From Dicyema japonicum (taxonomy: Eukaryota; Animalia; Dicyemida): a stretch of 33,000 bases of DNA. The notes below the pieces were generated by a model that worked only from the letters and a program-made list of their open reading frames with translations, did no database searches and had not been told where the DNA came from. The stretch spans positions 1,965,105 to 1,998,104 of the forward strand of contig RDEW01000004.1 in NCBI GenBank assembly GCA_011109175.1. The letters are read 5' to 3'. The translations under genes and the position numbers were made by a program. The stretch's first letter is position 1, and every line of letters begins with the position of its first letter. Positions 1-12,199 of the stretch are shown here, piece after piece.

Positions 1-1161
1 ATCTACCATGCTGAGAAGGCTCACATTGATAGACTGAGATCCTCCTGTCAGATGCTAGCCACATGAGATAGGAGGGATAACTCAGAATGTTGGTTTCCCA
101 GTTTGATCAATTGAAGTCTAAATTGGTGGATAAACTAAAATCTTATGAACAGGAAGAAAAGGTTTGTATGAATACTGATTTTCTGTATGACAGATTCAAC
201 AAGAAAATTGATATTATTGAGAATTAGTTCTATGGCCGCGTGGCAACATGTGGTGCTATGTGGCTAGTATTTCAAAAAATATTTACCCTCCCTTTGATGG
301 CGTCATTGAATCCTCTTACTGAGGAGACGCCCAGTGCCTGGTTAGCATCAAGAGGATCCGGACCTGGAGTCAAGTTCTGGATCGCTGTAACGAGTCAGGA
401 TCATAAGTTAGTTTGGTTACCCTTGGTCTATGGAATAATTTAATTTAGTGAATTATATTCTATTTTACGTGTTTTTGAGAATTTTAATGATGAATGAGTG
501 AATTACTCAGTATTAGACTTTTCCCTCCTTTATGCCCAGTCATTACTTAGTAGAGTTGACACAACCTTTAACGAAAGGCCGTTCGCCCTCACAGGATTAC
601 TCTCAAGAGAAACCCATCCCATCGGATCATGAGCATTTCGGACACAGCGTCGTTTAAAGGCTAGCCTTTCCTGGGTTCAATGTCTTCACGTAATCACCTT
701 AGTGCCAAATAAGACATCTATCTATCAACGGTAGTAGCTCATTTGACAAACTTCGCCATCCAACGTATGCGGTCCTTCTTGTGGAAGTGTGACCAAGTCC
801 GATTAAGAATTTAAGATACTCAACCTGGGTATCCTATGAAGTGAAGAATCCAATTAAATCTAAACTAACTGGGAGGATAAATAATTTTGGATATCCTTGA
901 TTATAAAAATACAGTAAAACTTCTCGAATCCGCAGAAGGAAATTTAAATGTAAAATAGTCTATTCGATTCCATATAAATTATTATTAAAATCGATTTCCA
1001 TAAAAAATTTCATTACATAGTTCCAAATGTACTTCTAAAAACGTTGTGCAGCCTTCAATGGAGTTATTTGTCCGAGGAAGTCTTCATATAGATTATCTAG
1101 ATTATTTCAATGATTAATTGGAAATCTTGGAATTAATCAATTTTCTTGATTTCCGATATAT

Positions 1162-1350
1162 TATACCTAAAGATGTCGAGGATCTTGGTAAAAAGTACAA
1201 CTTACCCTAGAACCCGTTAAAATCAATTTTTATAAGATTTAAAAAATGTGACTTTTATACCTAAAGACGTCGAGGACTTTGTCACTTCCATTTACCCATA
1301 GAACTTATTAAAATCAATTTTTATAATATTTAAAAAGATAACTTTTTTTT
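1162..1350. repeat. Imperfect tandem duplication, period ~94 bp
   Basis: TATACCTAAAGA(T/C)GTCGAGGA at 1162 and 1256, each followed by TAGAAC...TTAAAATCAATTTTTATAA(G/T)ATTTAAAAA. Confidence 0.85.
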
Positions 1351-1438
1351 ATCTAAGGTATCGTTTGGTAAAATCTCGTAAAGTTCTTTGATGAACATCT
1401 AACACTTAAGAAGAATAATTGGAGGCCATTTTGAATGG

Positions 1439-1655
1439 ACACGATTATTAGGTATCCTCTGATCCTGGTGCCTCATTTCAATATTGCGTGTCGTTTTAAC
1501 ACGGTAATCTTTGTTTTTGTGATTATTAGTGTCATCGAACACGATCTTGGCTCACTTCAGTATTAGGTGTCTCCGTAACACGATCTTGTCTTGGTTTATT
1601 CCAATATTAGGTCTCATCAGAATATTATCGTGGCTCATCTCAGTGTTTTGCTTGA
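1439..1655. repeat. Degenerate ~39-44 bp tandem repeat, possibly coding on the minus strand
   Basis: Recurrent ACACGAT(C)TT(G)GCTCA..TCAGTATTAGGT-like units. The minus strand gives related peptides QNTEMSHDNI, PNIGINQDKI, PNTEVSQDRV and RNIEMRHQD in shifting frames. Confidence 0.5.
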
Positions 1656-1849
1656 CTTTTGAGGTTCGTTCAATTTTTTGCTTTTGGTTGGCTGTAACTA
1701 ACCACTACCAAGCAAACTAATTAATAGTTGTTTGGTAAGGAGAGAAGGTGGGTCTGTTGTTGTATGTAGTGTTCTCCACGAGCAGACAACTCACTTAAAA
1801 ACCAATCGATGAAATGTTTAATTCTCTACAATGAGCAATATTTCTCGGA

Positions 1850-2620
1850 GAATGTCTCTAATTCAGCTATTCTTTCTCGTGGCTATACATTAGGATCATG
1901 AGCCTGATTCCTTAGTTGATGACCCCTAGTAAAGGCGATTACATGTATGTTGACCCTGTATAAATTAATGACCAAATGGTGGCGAAAAAAAATTATAAAA
2001 TTTACAGGGAATTGCCTAGTAATCAGCTTGGTAGCAGACAAAGGGATTTTATGAGAAAAATCCCTGTGAGGAAGAAGAGTAGGGTCTTTTCTCGTGAAGA
2101 CGCATCTACGACTTTATGAAAAGATGGTAATCCAAGAAAGCTGTAATAATAATTCTTAACCACCAAAAGTTATGAATTTATACGTGAGAGGAATCGCCTA
2201 CGGACGAAATTGAGACTCTTTATCGACAGATAAAATGGAGATGTCTTATCCAAAGGGATATTTGTGGTCAAGTCTATAAATATAGAAGGGTGTGTTGACT
2301 TGAAAATAGAAGGACAAAGCCTTAAAATTTGAATCAAGAATCTATCCTTTTGGAAGAGCTATAAAAACTGGTGTGTACTAGATCGGATGCAGAAACGGTA
2401 TAGAAAAAATATATCAGAAAAGGTGACTTCTACATGACGGATAAAATCCGTATTGTTTTCAAGAAATACCTGAAAAACATACAGGACGTTGATCCACAGA
2501 GTCTAATCCCTAACTAAAGGAATGAAGATTCGCTGGGTTTAATCAACTATTCTGAAGATGGGGTAAGGATTATGGACGGAGTAGTTATGGGAAGTGAAGA
2601 TGGGGATCAGGGATTGTAAA
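1850..2620 (+). mobile_element. Old degenerate fragment of the Jockey-like LINE family at 24964-27990 (end of APE domain plus linker)
   Basis: Peptides IRERNRLRTKLR, IKNLSFWKSYK and VFKKYLKNIQDVDP match IRERNTLKAKHR, WKNPCFWKLYS and VFRKQLENIQGVDP at 27000-27330. Many stops and frameshifts. Confidence 0.65.
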
Positions 2621-5014
2621 GTCAACTGCCATAAAAAACCATATAAACTTAGATTTCTCTAAAAAGATCAGGATGTCGAATGACGGCGTCAATGAGTACT
2701 TCAATTCCGAACAGGATCTTCTCCAGGATTCACAGCAACAAAAAAGAAAAGAAGTTGTGAACATTCCTTGATTTCCTTTCTACGATTATAACTGTTCTTT
2801 GCCCTAATACGGTGTGTGTCCTGTGGATCTATAATATTTTTCAGTGAGAAGTCTCCACGCTCACTTCGAGGATTGTAATTTTTGGAAAGCGTCTAAATCA
2901 TCTGATTCATCTAACTTTATTTTTTAAATTCATTAGCTCTTCTTGGATTTCACGAGTTGTGTATATATTGGTCGTCCTTGGTATTTTTTCTGGTAGACTC
3001 CAAGTACGCTTCAATTACATCGTTGGTAGGATCCAATCTCAGGATAAGTGACGAATGGTATGTGACTATATAATTTTTCCCGGAAATAGTTAAATTATTT
3101 TATGCTCATCTTTTTCACGTGAAATCTGTTTATTGCACACTTGCGCTTCAAACTGTAAAATCACATTAGGACGACCAACATGGTAATGATTGATCCCGCA
3201 AGAGTACTCACAAGAGTGATAGGGTAGAGAATAAACTCACTTTGTGCTGCCTGGACTCTACCATAGTCTCAAAATCGGCGTTCGAGCGTTTCTAGTTGAT
3301 TCTGCTGTCCTCGAGGGTTCTCGGTCTCCATTAATGCCCAGACTCTCGTTCCTATTGATATGTATCAATAATATTGGACTTTTTCCCTTGACTATGGATT
3401 CTTTCGGAATAGCACAGACAAGTGGCAGTGTTCGTCCCATGGATGAACACTGAATGTGACGTGTGGAGGAGACTAGGTGACTTTTATCACGCGATTCGAA
3501 TTAAGAGAGGACATTGGTTTGTTATTTCCTTAATGACACATCATCATGAACTATGGACTTGTTTTGAGCGAACTGAGTTCTGTGGTTTCCGACGGGATCG
3601 CCAGTTTCACGTCCTAAAAGTACCTGATGAAGAGTAGAGGGAATTGTAGGAGAAAGTGGCCTTGATTTGTCAAGATCTGGCTTTGTGAACAAGATAATAG
3701 AAACATACTGATTTATCGCAAACAGTCAACTCCCTGGGGACGAAACACGTCCTGATTAAATATAGGAAGGTTGGTATTGGAGTAACTTTGTCTTGTGATA
3801 GTGGAAGGGGAACCGCCCTGCTTCCGCGGCTAGAGGAAATATCCTGGTGATGAGTCCCATTTTTTCAGACTATATTTATATATTTCGGTAACTATAAATA
3901 TGGATTTTTTTCATTATTTGATTCTCACTATTTATTCTCTATATTTCTGCCGTTGTATCATCCGACAATAATTGCTTTTTAACCTTTTTCCTCACTTCCC
4001 CCAACATACATATAAACTTGTAATATGCATCCATTGACTACTCTGTACACAGTAGGGACGATATTACTGAACACTATAATTTTTTGTGTAGTCTTTGATA
4101 TTTTTTTGATAATCACAGTGCCAACTTTTCCAGCTTCTGCTGCCCTTAACCAATTCAGAACATTTTCTCTCCTTAATTTGCTTTTATTGTGAACTGAAAT
4201 GTAAGAGTTTGAAAACTCTGGGATGTCTCATGGAAGAAACAGGCGGAACCTCCCTAATGAATAAATGATTCAATTCTGCAGTGTGAATTATCTATCCAGC
4301 AGGGCTATTTGAATTGATTTCTGCAATCCAAGTGGTTGAATAATCAGTCTGTGTCTTACGATATTTCTACTTGGCTTCAAAATGAACGAAAGCCATGGAT
4401 TTCCTTCTTCACGTGAACATGGAGGAGACGACATGTTTGAGAACTCAGAAGCCATAATTTCTTAACAAAAGAAGGGATGCATGAATGGAGACGATGAGAT
4501 CCGAACCTAGAATCCGTGAAAGTAGTTAAAATTATTAATTTTTATTTAATGATAATAAAATGATAATTGAGAGGTTGACCAGGTCAAATTTAAGTATCAG
4601 AATATTTCTAAGGTAAAGAATTTTGAGAACGGTGGCTTGGCACTTCTGTAGCCACTTCCAAGCAATCTATTCGATAGTTGCTGATAGGGGAAATATGTTG
4701 GATTTGTGCTCTAAAATTTAGGGTTTACTCCACGAGCTGGTTACCACGTGAAAATTTCTCTTATCCGGGTCCGCTTCCAAGTTCTACACAGCTCCAAATA
4801 CACCTGAAGGATATCTTGGATGTGACGTTCTTGTTAGTCACCACTTTCCTTCAAATAAATTTTTAATCCATAATTTTATTATTGTGACTATTACCGGTTC
4901 TCAATAAGCCAAGTTTTATGTCGGTCCTGGTTATTTTTCACTCTTTCTATGGCTTTTTGAATGTTCAGAAAAAGGTTAAATAGAGCATGTTGATAATGAA
5001 ATAAAAAAAATTAA

Positions 5015-6420
5015 CACCAAAGTAACTAATCACGGGATCCTGGCATGCTCCAAAAGAGACTTCAGCTTGGCACGATGTTCCTCTATAGAACCCACGTAAG
5101 TGCGCATCGGTCGTATAACTGGTTTTCCGCAGTCACAACGGCAAGTTCCTCGGATCTTAGGTATTAAGGATTCCAGAGGCATTGGAGACTGAGACTTTAC
5201 AGAAGTCAATCGTTTTGTAATTTTGGAAGCCTTTTTTGGCTAGCTTAGATATCATGGAATTTATCCAAGAGATAAACGGGCCCCAGGTAGGACATTCATA
5301 TGAGATGCATTGTTCGAGTGCGATCTTGAAGCAGACACAATCTTTCTTCGTTTGCGGGGGAGTTATTTCCATGCATTACCCATCCAACAGAGTCAACATT
5401 TACATATGTCATTCAAACACTGACATAGAACGGAGTGCTGCGGTTTCTTCTTACTTTCGTCAGTGGATATTCATGCTGAGTCTTCATAACCTGGACTTCG
5501 TTGTATCTTCAATGTTATACTTTCGAGATGAATTCTACGAGAGTGGTCATGTGTTTACCTTGAGTTAATGTAGAATTTCCAATCTTCTTGGCAGTAATTT
5601 ACCTATGTTCCAGGTCTCCGTGAAATTGGAGGAGCTTTTGTTCAGCTTTGCGATTTAAAGAATCGAAGCACCTTCCAAATTTATCTCTTGGAGATAGAGC
5701 ATTTCTTTGTTTGCAGGCCGAGAGTGGACGTGGTCGTCAGCAAGAATTGGTCTGATATTTTTATCGACTTGCTCAAATTTCCCTGACTCAATTTCAATTC
5801 CATCAGGGAACCGAGCTTCCCTAGACAAAGACATACTCCGCAAACTTGTCAAATTTTCTCCCCAGTCTAGTTGAACCAAAAAACGATTCAACTTCTTTAG
5901 CATCCTTTCCATTGTATCACTGATAGAAAAGCAGCTTTATATCGTCAATAAAGTTGAGCTGACTATTCGCATATGTGAGTTGCCAGTGACCAAGATTTCC
6001 CATTGTAACTTTCGGGATTCAGAGTGTAAAGAACTGTGGTGAAAGACTCCATTGCAGAATACTTATTATTTTCACTTCTCTGAATGATTTTTTTCTAACC
6101 AGAGTTTTGCAATATCTAAAACTAGTGATTGACAGAGTCGAATGCTTTCTTCACATTAATCCAAGTAGAAAATAATTTATTTCCGTTCTGCTGGTTTTTT
6201 TAGTGAATCGTCTTTTATTCGTCGAAATAACAGCTTGCTATTATAAACCTCTTCCTCGATTCATAAACTATCAGTTTCTTCCACACACTGTTGATTCCAG
6301 CACGCATCAAGGTGGTAATCCTTTCGAATCTTCCCTCTTCGACCTTTTAAAGCCATATGAACACAAAGTATTGCGTGTTTCTTCATCAAATTGCTTCTTC
6401 CCCGTAATTTAACTGGCGGT
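5015..6420 (-). mobile_element. Degenerate non-LTR retrotransposon ORF2 remnant (RT through C-terminal Cys motif and 3' end)
   Basis: The minus strand reads SLVLDIAK, a decayed QG-region (LSPQFFTL), QLNFIDDIKL (YADD box), then CRCDCGK...EEHRAKLKSLLEHARIP-stop. The 3' end is repeated at 13294-13361. Confidence 0.65.
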
Positions 6421-6559
6421 TGAACATACTCGAGCTTATTGAGTTTGTCCTTCAGCGATTGTTCCCAATTACTCTGAGTTTTAGTTTACTTAGTGTGGTA
6501 TTGATGTTAAAAATAGGCGAGGAATAACACTTCGAATTAATCCCAGTCAAAATGTTCTC

Positions 6560-6690
6560 TTAGGGTTTGTATTGGGATTTTCCTGGTTGGAAGACGAAGG
6601 TTCCGTCAAGTCGTTCATATTCTCCCAATTCAGAAAACAAATGCTATCGATTTTCTTCATTCGAAGGGACCGGGAGTAAATAAATGTGTA
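6560..6690 (+). mobile_element. Short 3'-end fragment of the I/Ingi-like LINE family at 12200-12950
   Basis: GAAGGGACCGGGAGTAAATAAAT (peptide DFLHSKGPGVNK) matches the minus-strand terminus GAAGGGACCGGAAGTAAATAAATAAA (AFLYLKGPEVNK) at ~12205-12235. Confidence 0.5.
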
Positions 6691-7214
6691 TAAATACCAC
6701 GTATCTATAAACTGTGATTGAGAGTTCCCTTGTGGCGCAGTGTAACGAATGTCGAGAAAAGGTTTGATGGCTCCTAGTACATTCCGACTTTAAGGTTCCA
6801 CGTATTTACGATGCTTTGGTTGACAAGTGAGGTCGTCATAAGTGAACATTTCACCTCGGAACCGTATCTTCTATGAAGGACTCACACCTAACAAAAAGAA
6901 AATAGAAGTGAAGAGCAATCCTTGTTCTCTCTACGACTAGTTATGAGAACTGTTCTTTTACATTCTTAAGGTAAGCTCAGCACAAACAGTCATAACTAAT
7001 TAATCCAAGGAAGAACCCAAGAGAGACCATATGCTTGTACCAACCAAATAATTCTTCCAATACTTCATAACACGCTTCCGTTCCGAAGAGAGGTGGGGAA
7101 CTCGGTCCGTCCTCTTCCATTTTCATCACAGTCCTACCAATGCGGACATCACTTCATTCTTTCAACTACTGTGTCGTGACAAAAGGGTGAGACCTGTTTG
7201 ACGAGAAAGATGAC

Positions 7215-8090
7215 ATTGGCATCGATCGTTTCAATTTTTTGATAAACGACTGGAATTCTAGATGAAACCCGCATGAATCTTTCCTCTTGATCTGCAAACT
7301 TAGCAATATCTATCGACCCAATTGAGGTCTTATTTGATAAAACTGGTAGAAAAAATTAACGTTTGCTAAATTAACGTTTGATAAAACTGGTAGAAAAAAT
7401 TAACGTTGACCCACCACTTTCCTGTTAATTAAACATTAAGTCTCACATATAGCTGTTTCTTTAGCTCCTAGACGATCGGATATGATTAATCTCAAATATT
7501 TCTTATCTTGTAATAACTTTACTAATACCATTTGTTATACTCTCTGGGCTTTTCGTTTTGATCCGAAAACGGGAATTTACATATCGCATCATATTCCGGT
7601 CATTCCAAACAGTTCCTTTGACGAGACAAGTCGATATAGTGATATTATTGACAGCCACTTCTAAAACGTGCATTTTTAATGAAGTCTTTGTAATTTTCCA
7701 TATGAATCTCGACTTATACTATGAGCTCACTGTGGTCGAAAAGATTATCGAATTTACTAATATTCTCTACAAGGATCCCTTTATAAGTCTCAATGTCCTT
7801 TAATAGGTGCACATCAACGAATTCAAAAATATACAACACTTCGATTCCTTCTTTTAATAAATGTTCAATAAACAGAGATTTTTTGCTAGCGTGTCATTTT
7901 AAGTACTTAAGTTCATTTGGGTGTAAAGAACTTGGGAATAGAGTAAATTCGGCCAATCAGTTCCTATTAGATTCATCCTCGGCTATTGCAAGTTTGATTT
8001 CGGATGAGAAAGCCTCCAAAATCTTTTTTAATCGTCTTCCTTTGATGATCTCAACAAATCGAGTATCTCCTTTCTGAGCTTCCGTTAGAT
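7215..8090 (-). pseudogene. HSP90B1: HSP90-family (GRP94/endoplasmin-like) pseudogene fragment, middle to C-terminal domains
   Basis: EAFSSEIKLAIAEDESNRN*LAEFTLFPSSLHPNEL...SLFIEHLLKEGIEVLYIFEFVDVHLL...IFEIN...DIAKFADQEERFMRVS aligns by eye to GRP94 ([27 protein letters not shown]...[24 protein letters not shown]...TFEINP...DTKAYGDRIERMLRLS). It has in-frame stops and internal deletions. Confidence 0.75.
7333..7407. repeat. 31-bp direct repeat, period 44
   Basis: TTTGATAAAACTGGTAGAAAAAATTAACGTT at 7333-7363 and 7377-7407. Confidence 0.9.
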
Positions 8091-8254
8091 AATTTGAAGT
8101 GTTGCTCGAGCAACAAGATCATACCTCCTTTTAAGTTTCACCGACTTTATAGTCCGCAAGATTAGCGCGATAATTTAAGAGCCACTAAGGATCTAAGTGA
8201 GACAGGATAGCTTTGAGGCAGCATCTCGAGAGCCATTGTCAGAGGAAACAGGAT

Positions 8255-8351
8255 GAGGATCTCTATATATCGTGGATAGTTCATTTTTGACGAGGATCTC
8301 TATATATCGTGGATAGAAATACTATATATCGGCGGATAGTTCATTTTTGAC
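8255..8351. repeat. Short tandem repeat, period ~37 bp, about 2.5 copies
   Basis: GAGGATCTCTATATATCGTGGATAG at 8255 and 8292, and CTATATATCG..GGATAGTTCATTTTTGAC again at 8322-8351. Confidence 0.9.
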
Positions 8352-8869
8352 CAGTTGCCGTGGAAAAGTCAAAATTTAAAGGAAACAGGTAATTGACTCT
8401 GCAAGACAGAATAAAATCGCTCATCGCTTATAAATTCTAGTCATAATGCAACATCGATTGTTACAATTCATATCGAGGGTTGCTCAACATCGATGTCATT
8501 GACCTAAGCGATCTTAAAAAGAAATCTTTTGGGGTCCTATGATTTCACTCGTCTCGACGACAACGGTCCGCTCATAAAATCTTGTCAGAGGCAGTTGTAT
8601 TTGGTAATTTGAAGTACTCTAACTGCAAATAGGTGTATAGAGATGCCATATTGTGAATCAACTTTTTCCAGAGAGAATAGAAAAATTATGATCCTGTTGA
8701 GCGTTTCCCATAATCACGATATCGGAAAAAGAGTTGAAAATACACACGACCTTGACTACTTAAGAGAGAAAACCAAAAAAGAGCTACTTAAAAGAATATA
8801 ATTTACAAAATTATTATGAACGTGCTTGGGAGTATATAAAATAAAAAACAACGAGAAAATTAATAGCAG

Positions 8870-10042
8870 TTAAAGAACAAGATATTCCATTGGTCTTATC
8901 ATATTTCGGCATTTAACAACAAATGTGATGAGTCCGATAATTGTAAATGTTATAAAAGAGAACATAATTCCTATAATTATAAAATTTTTTGAATCATTAG
9001 AATTTGTATTTTTTCCATGAGTTATTACTTTTTCAAAACACACTCCGATTCTAAAATTCAGGAAAAATCAAACCTTTTCCAGTATAATAGGATTTAATTT
9101 CACTCCCAAGAATTTGTGCCTTAAATGATGAAAACTCAGCATATATGTCATCAGAAAATTTAGTGAGAGAGACAATTTGAAGTTACAAGAATTTCCAACA
9201 TCAATCAATTTGCTCTTCTTAGGAGTCCAAGACCCATTAGAGATTTCATCGATGACTATCTGAATATTGGAGATATAATATTTGTTTTGAGACAAAATAA
9301 ATGTAAAAAGTATCTCTAAATGATGCCCCTTAAAAGATAACTCAACACTATTGTTATCAAAATTAATTTTCGAATCCAGATTTCGAAAACTAATAACAAA
9401 TTATCAATCTAATATTAAAATATACAATTTACTATTTTAACATTGTGATTATAAAAAAATGTGATTCTAAAATTTCCAATTAATATTCCTTTCAGAGGAT
9501 TTTCCGCAATAAAATACCAATATTGAACAATTGGATCGTTAGATGGATCACAGTCATGTGCTAAATTAAATAATGTCAAACCATTTCCAATGAAATATGG
9601 ATATGATAGTTTAGTGTAGTATTTTAACAACAAAGAATATAATGTGAAGTATTACCATTCTCAAAACTTACGGACATATATCCGCATCTGTAATAATCTC
9701 CATGTTTAATATTTGGAAGATTTGTTGTATTTGTGTAGGTTTTATTATCTTTGAGTGTTAACTATTAAATACTAGAATTTAATTCTAATTTTATTGAGAT
9801 GTTGTAAAATTTGTCTGAGAATTCAATAAAAAATTGGTAGATCAAATTATTTGTTTTGATTGTAATTGGCATTTTATCATAAGAGTGTGAGAAATAGTTT
9901 CAATTGAATAATTGTTTGTCTACCATTATTATTTATAAAATACATTTGTAAGTGTACTTTTCAATAAACTTTTTACATATACTGACATTCGATGTTCAAA
10001 GTCGAAATTCGTGATTGAGGACAAAAATATTAATAACAACAT
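8870..10042 (-). CDS. LAMP-like lysosome-associated type I membrane glycoprotein with two luminal domains; frameshifts are either sequencing errors or decay
   Basis: Hydrophobic N-terminus MLLLIFLSS. Domain motifs GDYYRC...YFIGNA|HDCDP and VGNSC...FSSFKAQILG...TGKE|SEC. TM segment FIIIGIMFSFITFTIIGLITFVV, then a short tail ending in YxxPhi (EYLVL-stop). N-glycosylation sequons (NKT, NTT, NGS). GT-AG mini-introns at 9561-9581 (21 nt), 9409-9432 (24 nt) and 9051-9073 (23 nt). Confidence 0.65.
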
Positions 10043-10699
10043 AATATGTAAAATGAACACGTCGATGTGTATAATTTGGGTCACTTGTTATATTAATGAA
10101 TTTATTTTTAATAATTTGAAACAAATGATATTTATTTTAATTTATAATTATATTTATTTTCATTAATTCATTAATCAAAAAACTCCTATTCATACTGCAA
10201 TGTTAACCGTCTTTAAGAATTTCATGGTATTTTATCGTAATCCATCATAAGTTTTTCTGTTTTGGCGGAATCTTTAATGATCGAAGGAAAATTTAATTAG
10301 CGACCAGTTCTCAATTTCCGTAGTAGAGTTTCTAAAGTCGCGTTGTTGAAATTGAGTGATATATTTTGAACAATTTTCTGTTCTGTCTCAAATACATTTG
10401 ACTGATCATTTGTTATGGGGGTTGTGGAAAACTGCGAAAAGTCTCTTCATTAGGATGTTGTGATTCGTTCACCCTAGATGACTTCATTGACTTATTATTT
10501 CTCAGATACTGATAAGTCAGAATTTTAAAATTTTAATTTTGGGGTTTATTCAGTATTTTTCTGCTAACTATTTTGATTATCCGCCTGTAAAAAAATTAAA
10601 ATCTTTTTTCTAGTGATAACCATTCTGCGTATTTAGCGTGGAAGACTCCCCAGATTTATTATCTTTCTCCCGATATGAGATAATGCACAAATCACACTT

Positions 10700-11050
10700 T
10701 GTTTAAAAACTTAAATATGTCAGCCACGTGGTATTCTTTGAGACACTTGGGCTGAACGTAGATCGTAGTGTTTTACAAAATTTGTCCTTTTCATTGTCCT
10801 GTTGTATAAATCCCCCAAAGGTATGCAGTCATCCCCAGATCCCTAATTCTCCTTAACAGTATAGTTTATCTCACTGTTTTGGATTCATTAAAGTTTCATA
10901 ATCACTCAGTCAACACAAACTTTATCCCAAATATATGAAAGTTTGCCCAAATCCGGACAACACTGAACCTTGAAAACAAAAATGCTAAGCTTCATATAGA
11001 CTTGTCTCGCCAATTTGTTCAATGTCCAAGACGGTACTTTTAAGAACAAA
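10700..11050 (-). mobile_element. Possible CR1-like LINE remnant
   Basis: Only decayed post-RT motifs on the minus strand (RDLG; IYVQP..KEY). Confidence 0.25.
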
Positions 11051-11115
11051 GATATTCAAAGATGAGAGATCAACATCAACCACCTGTCATCCTTGATCAA
11101 ATCTATACGCTATAC

Positions 11116-12056
11116 CAGAGGTTGTCAAACGGTGTGCCGCGGCACACTAAGTGTGCCGCAAGACAATTTCTAGTGTGCCCGCCTGCCAAATACAAATTTG
11201 AATAAATTTATATACATTTTTGACCTAATTAATTTAAAAAGATAAACGAATTAAAATAATTACTAAAATTAAAATAATCATTTTTTTATTATACATTAAA
11301 TGACATTTACATTGGTTAACCATTATTTATTAATTTTTAATAACGTGCGCATCAACGTGCTTATGGGTAAATCAGTTCGTCGTTCTTATAAAGATTCTTA
11401 TTTGTCATTTGGATGTATATGCAAAGATAAAAATACTACCTCAATGTCTAATTTGCATGGATTTTTGGCAAGTGATGCTATGGTTCCTAGCAAACTAAAG
11501 AGACATTTTACTTCCAAGCACCCGGACTATTCTGAAAGATCTGTGGATTATTTTATCCATTTGAAAAAAAACAACTTAAGTATTATTTGGTTTTTACTAT
11601 GAATCGTAGATCTAGTCAAATGATGTTCAGTGAACTTTTTTAAACACAAAGGAATCATTGAAATGTTCATACCTGATCTCAGAAGTGATAGCAAAACAAC
11701 TAAAACCTCACAATATTGGCGAAAACTTGATAATCCCTGCTGTCGTATTATTGCTCGACTATGTTTGGTCATAAATATGAACAAAAAATAATGAAGATAC
11801 CTTTGTCAGTTAACACTGTTTTTCGTCGGATTTGTGCTGAAATGCGAGTGCCTTTGTTAACCATTCGACCTGATATTGATGATATATGCAAAAACAATAA
11901 TAATTAAGAATTCATTTTTTTATTAATAAAAATTTTGGCATTAAATTACCAATTTTTGTACTTAGTTTTACACATATTAAATTTTTTTAATGTGTGCCGT
12001 GGATTATTTTTTTTTACGATTAGTGTGCCGCGAGAATTATTTTTTGAAAAGCTCTG
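11116..12056 (+). mobile_element. Non-autonomous hAT (Buster/Charlie) DNA transposon, internal-deletion derivative, copy 1
   Basis: TIRs CAGAGGTTGTCAAA / TTTGAAAAGCTCTG. 8-bp TSD CGCTATAC (11108-11115 and 12057-12064) fits the Buster nnnTAnnn pattern. Subterminal GTGTGCCGC repeats. Transposase N-terminus (PQCLIC...MVPSKLKRHFTSKH BED finger; KPHNIGENLIIPA; IPLSVNTVFRRI) is fused directly to the C-terminal tail (IRPDIDDICK), with no DDE core. Confidence 0.95.
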
Positions 12057-12199
12057 CGCTATACTCTACTAGATTTCAGGTCTCATTCGGTCAAGACCAC
12101 CACTCAACCAAAGTCCTGTCACACTCTATGCAAACCCCAAACACTTATTGAACAACAAAAATTCGTGAAGGCGGACAACCTACCAAACAGTCCCCTTTT

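Noticed and set aside
560-860. rRNA fragment or LTR-type RT remnant (QVEYLKFLI on the minus strand)
   Set aside because: No continuous conserved rRNA motif, and a single weak peptide motif is not enough.
2700-4260. gag-like remnant on the minus strand (IPEFS...NVLNWL)
   Set aside because: No zinc knuckle, protease, LTR or PBS could be verified.
6722-6790. tRNA/SINE A-box GTGGCGCAGTG
   Set aside because: No recognisable B-box or cloverleaf downstream.
7333-8351. Short direct repeats as a CRISPR array
   Set aside because: Only 2-3 copies, no unique spacers of constant length, no cas genes, and a eukaryotic context.
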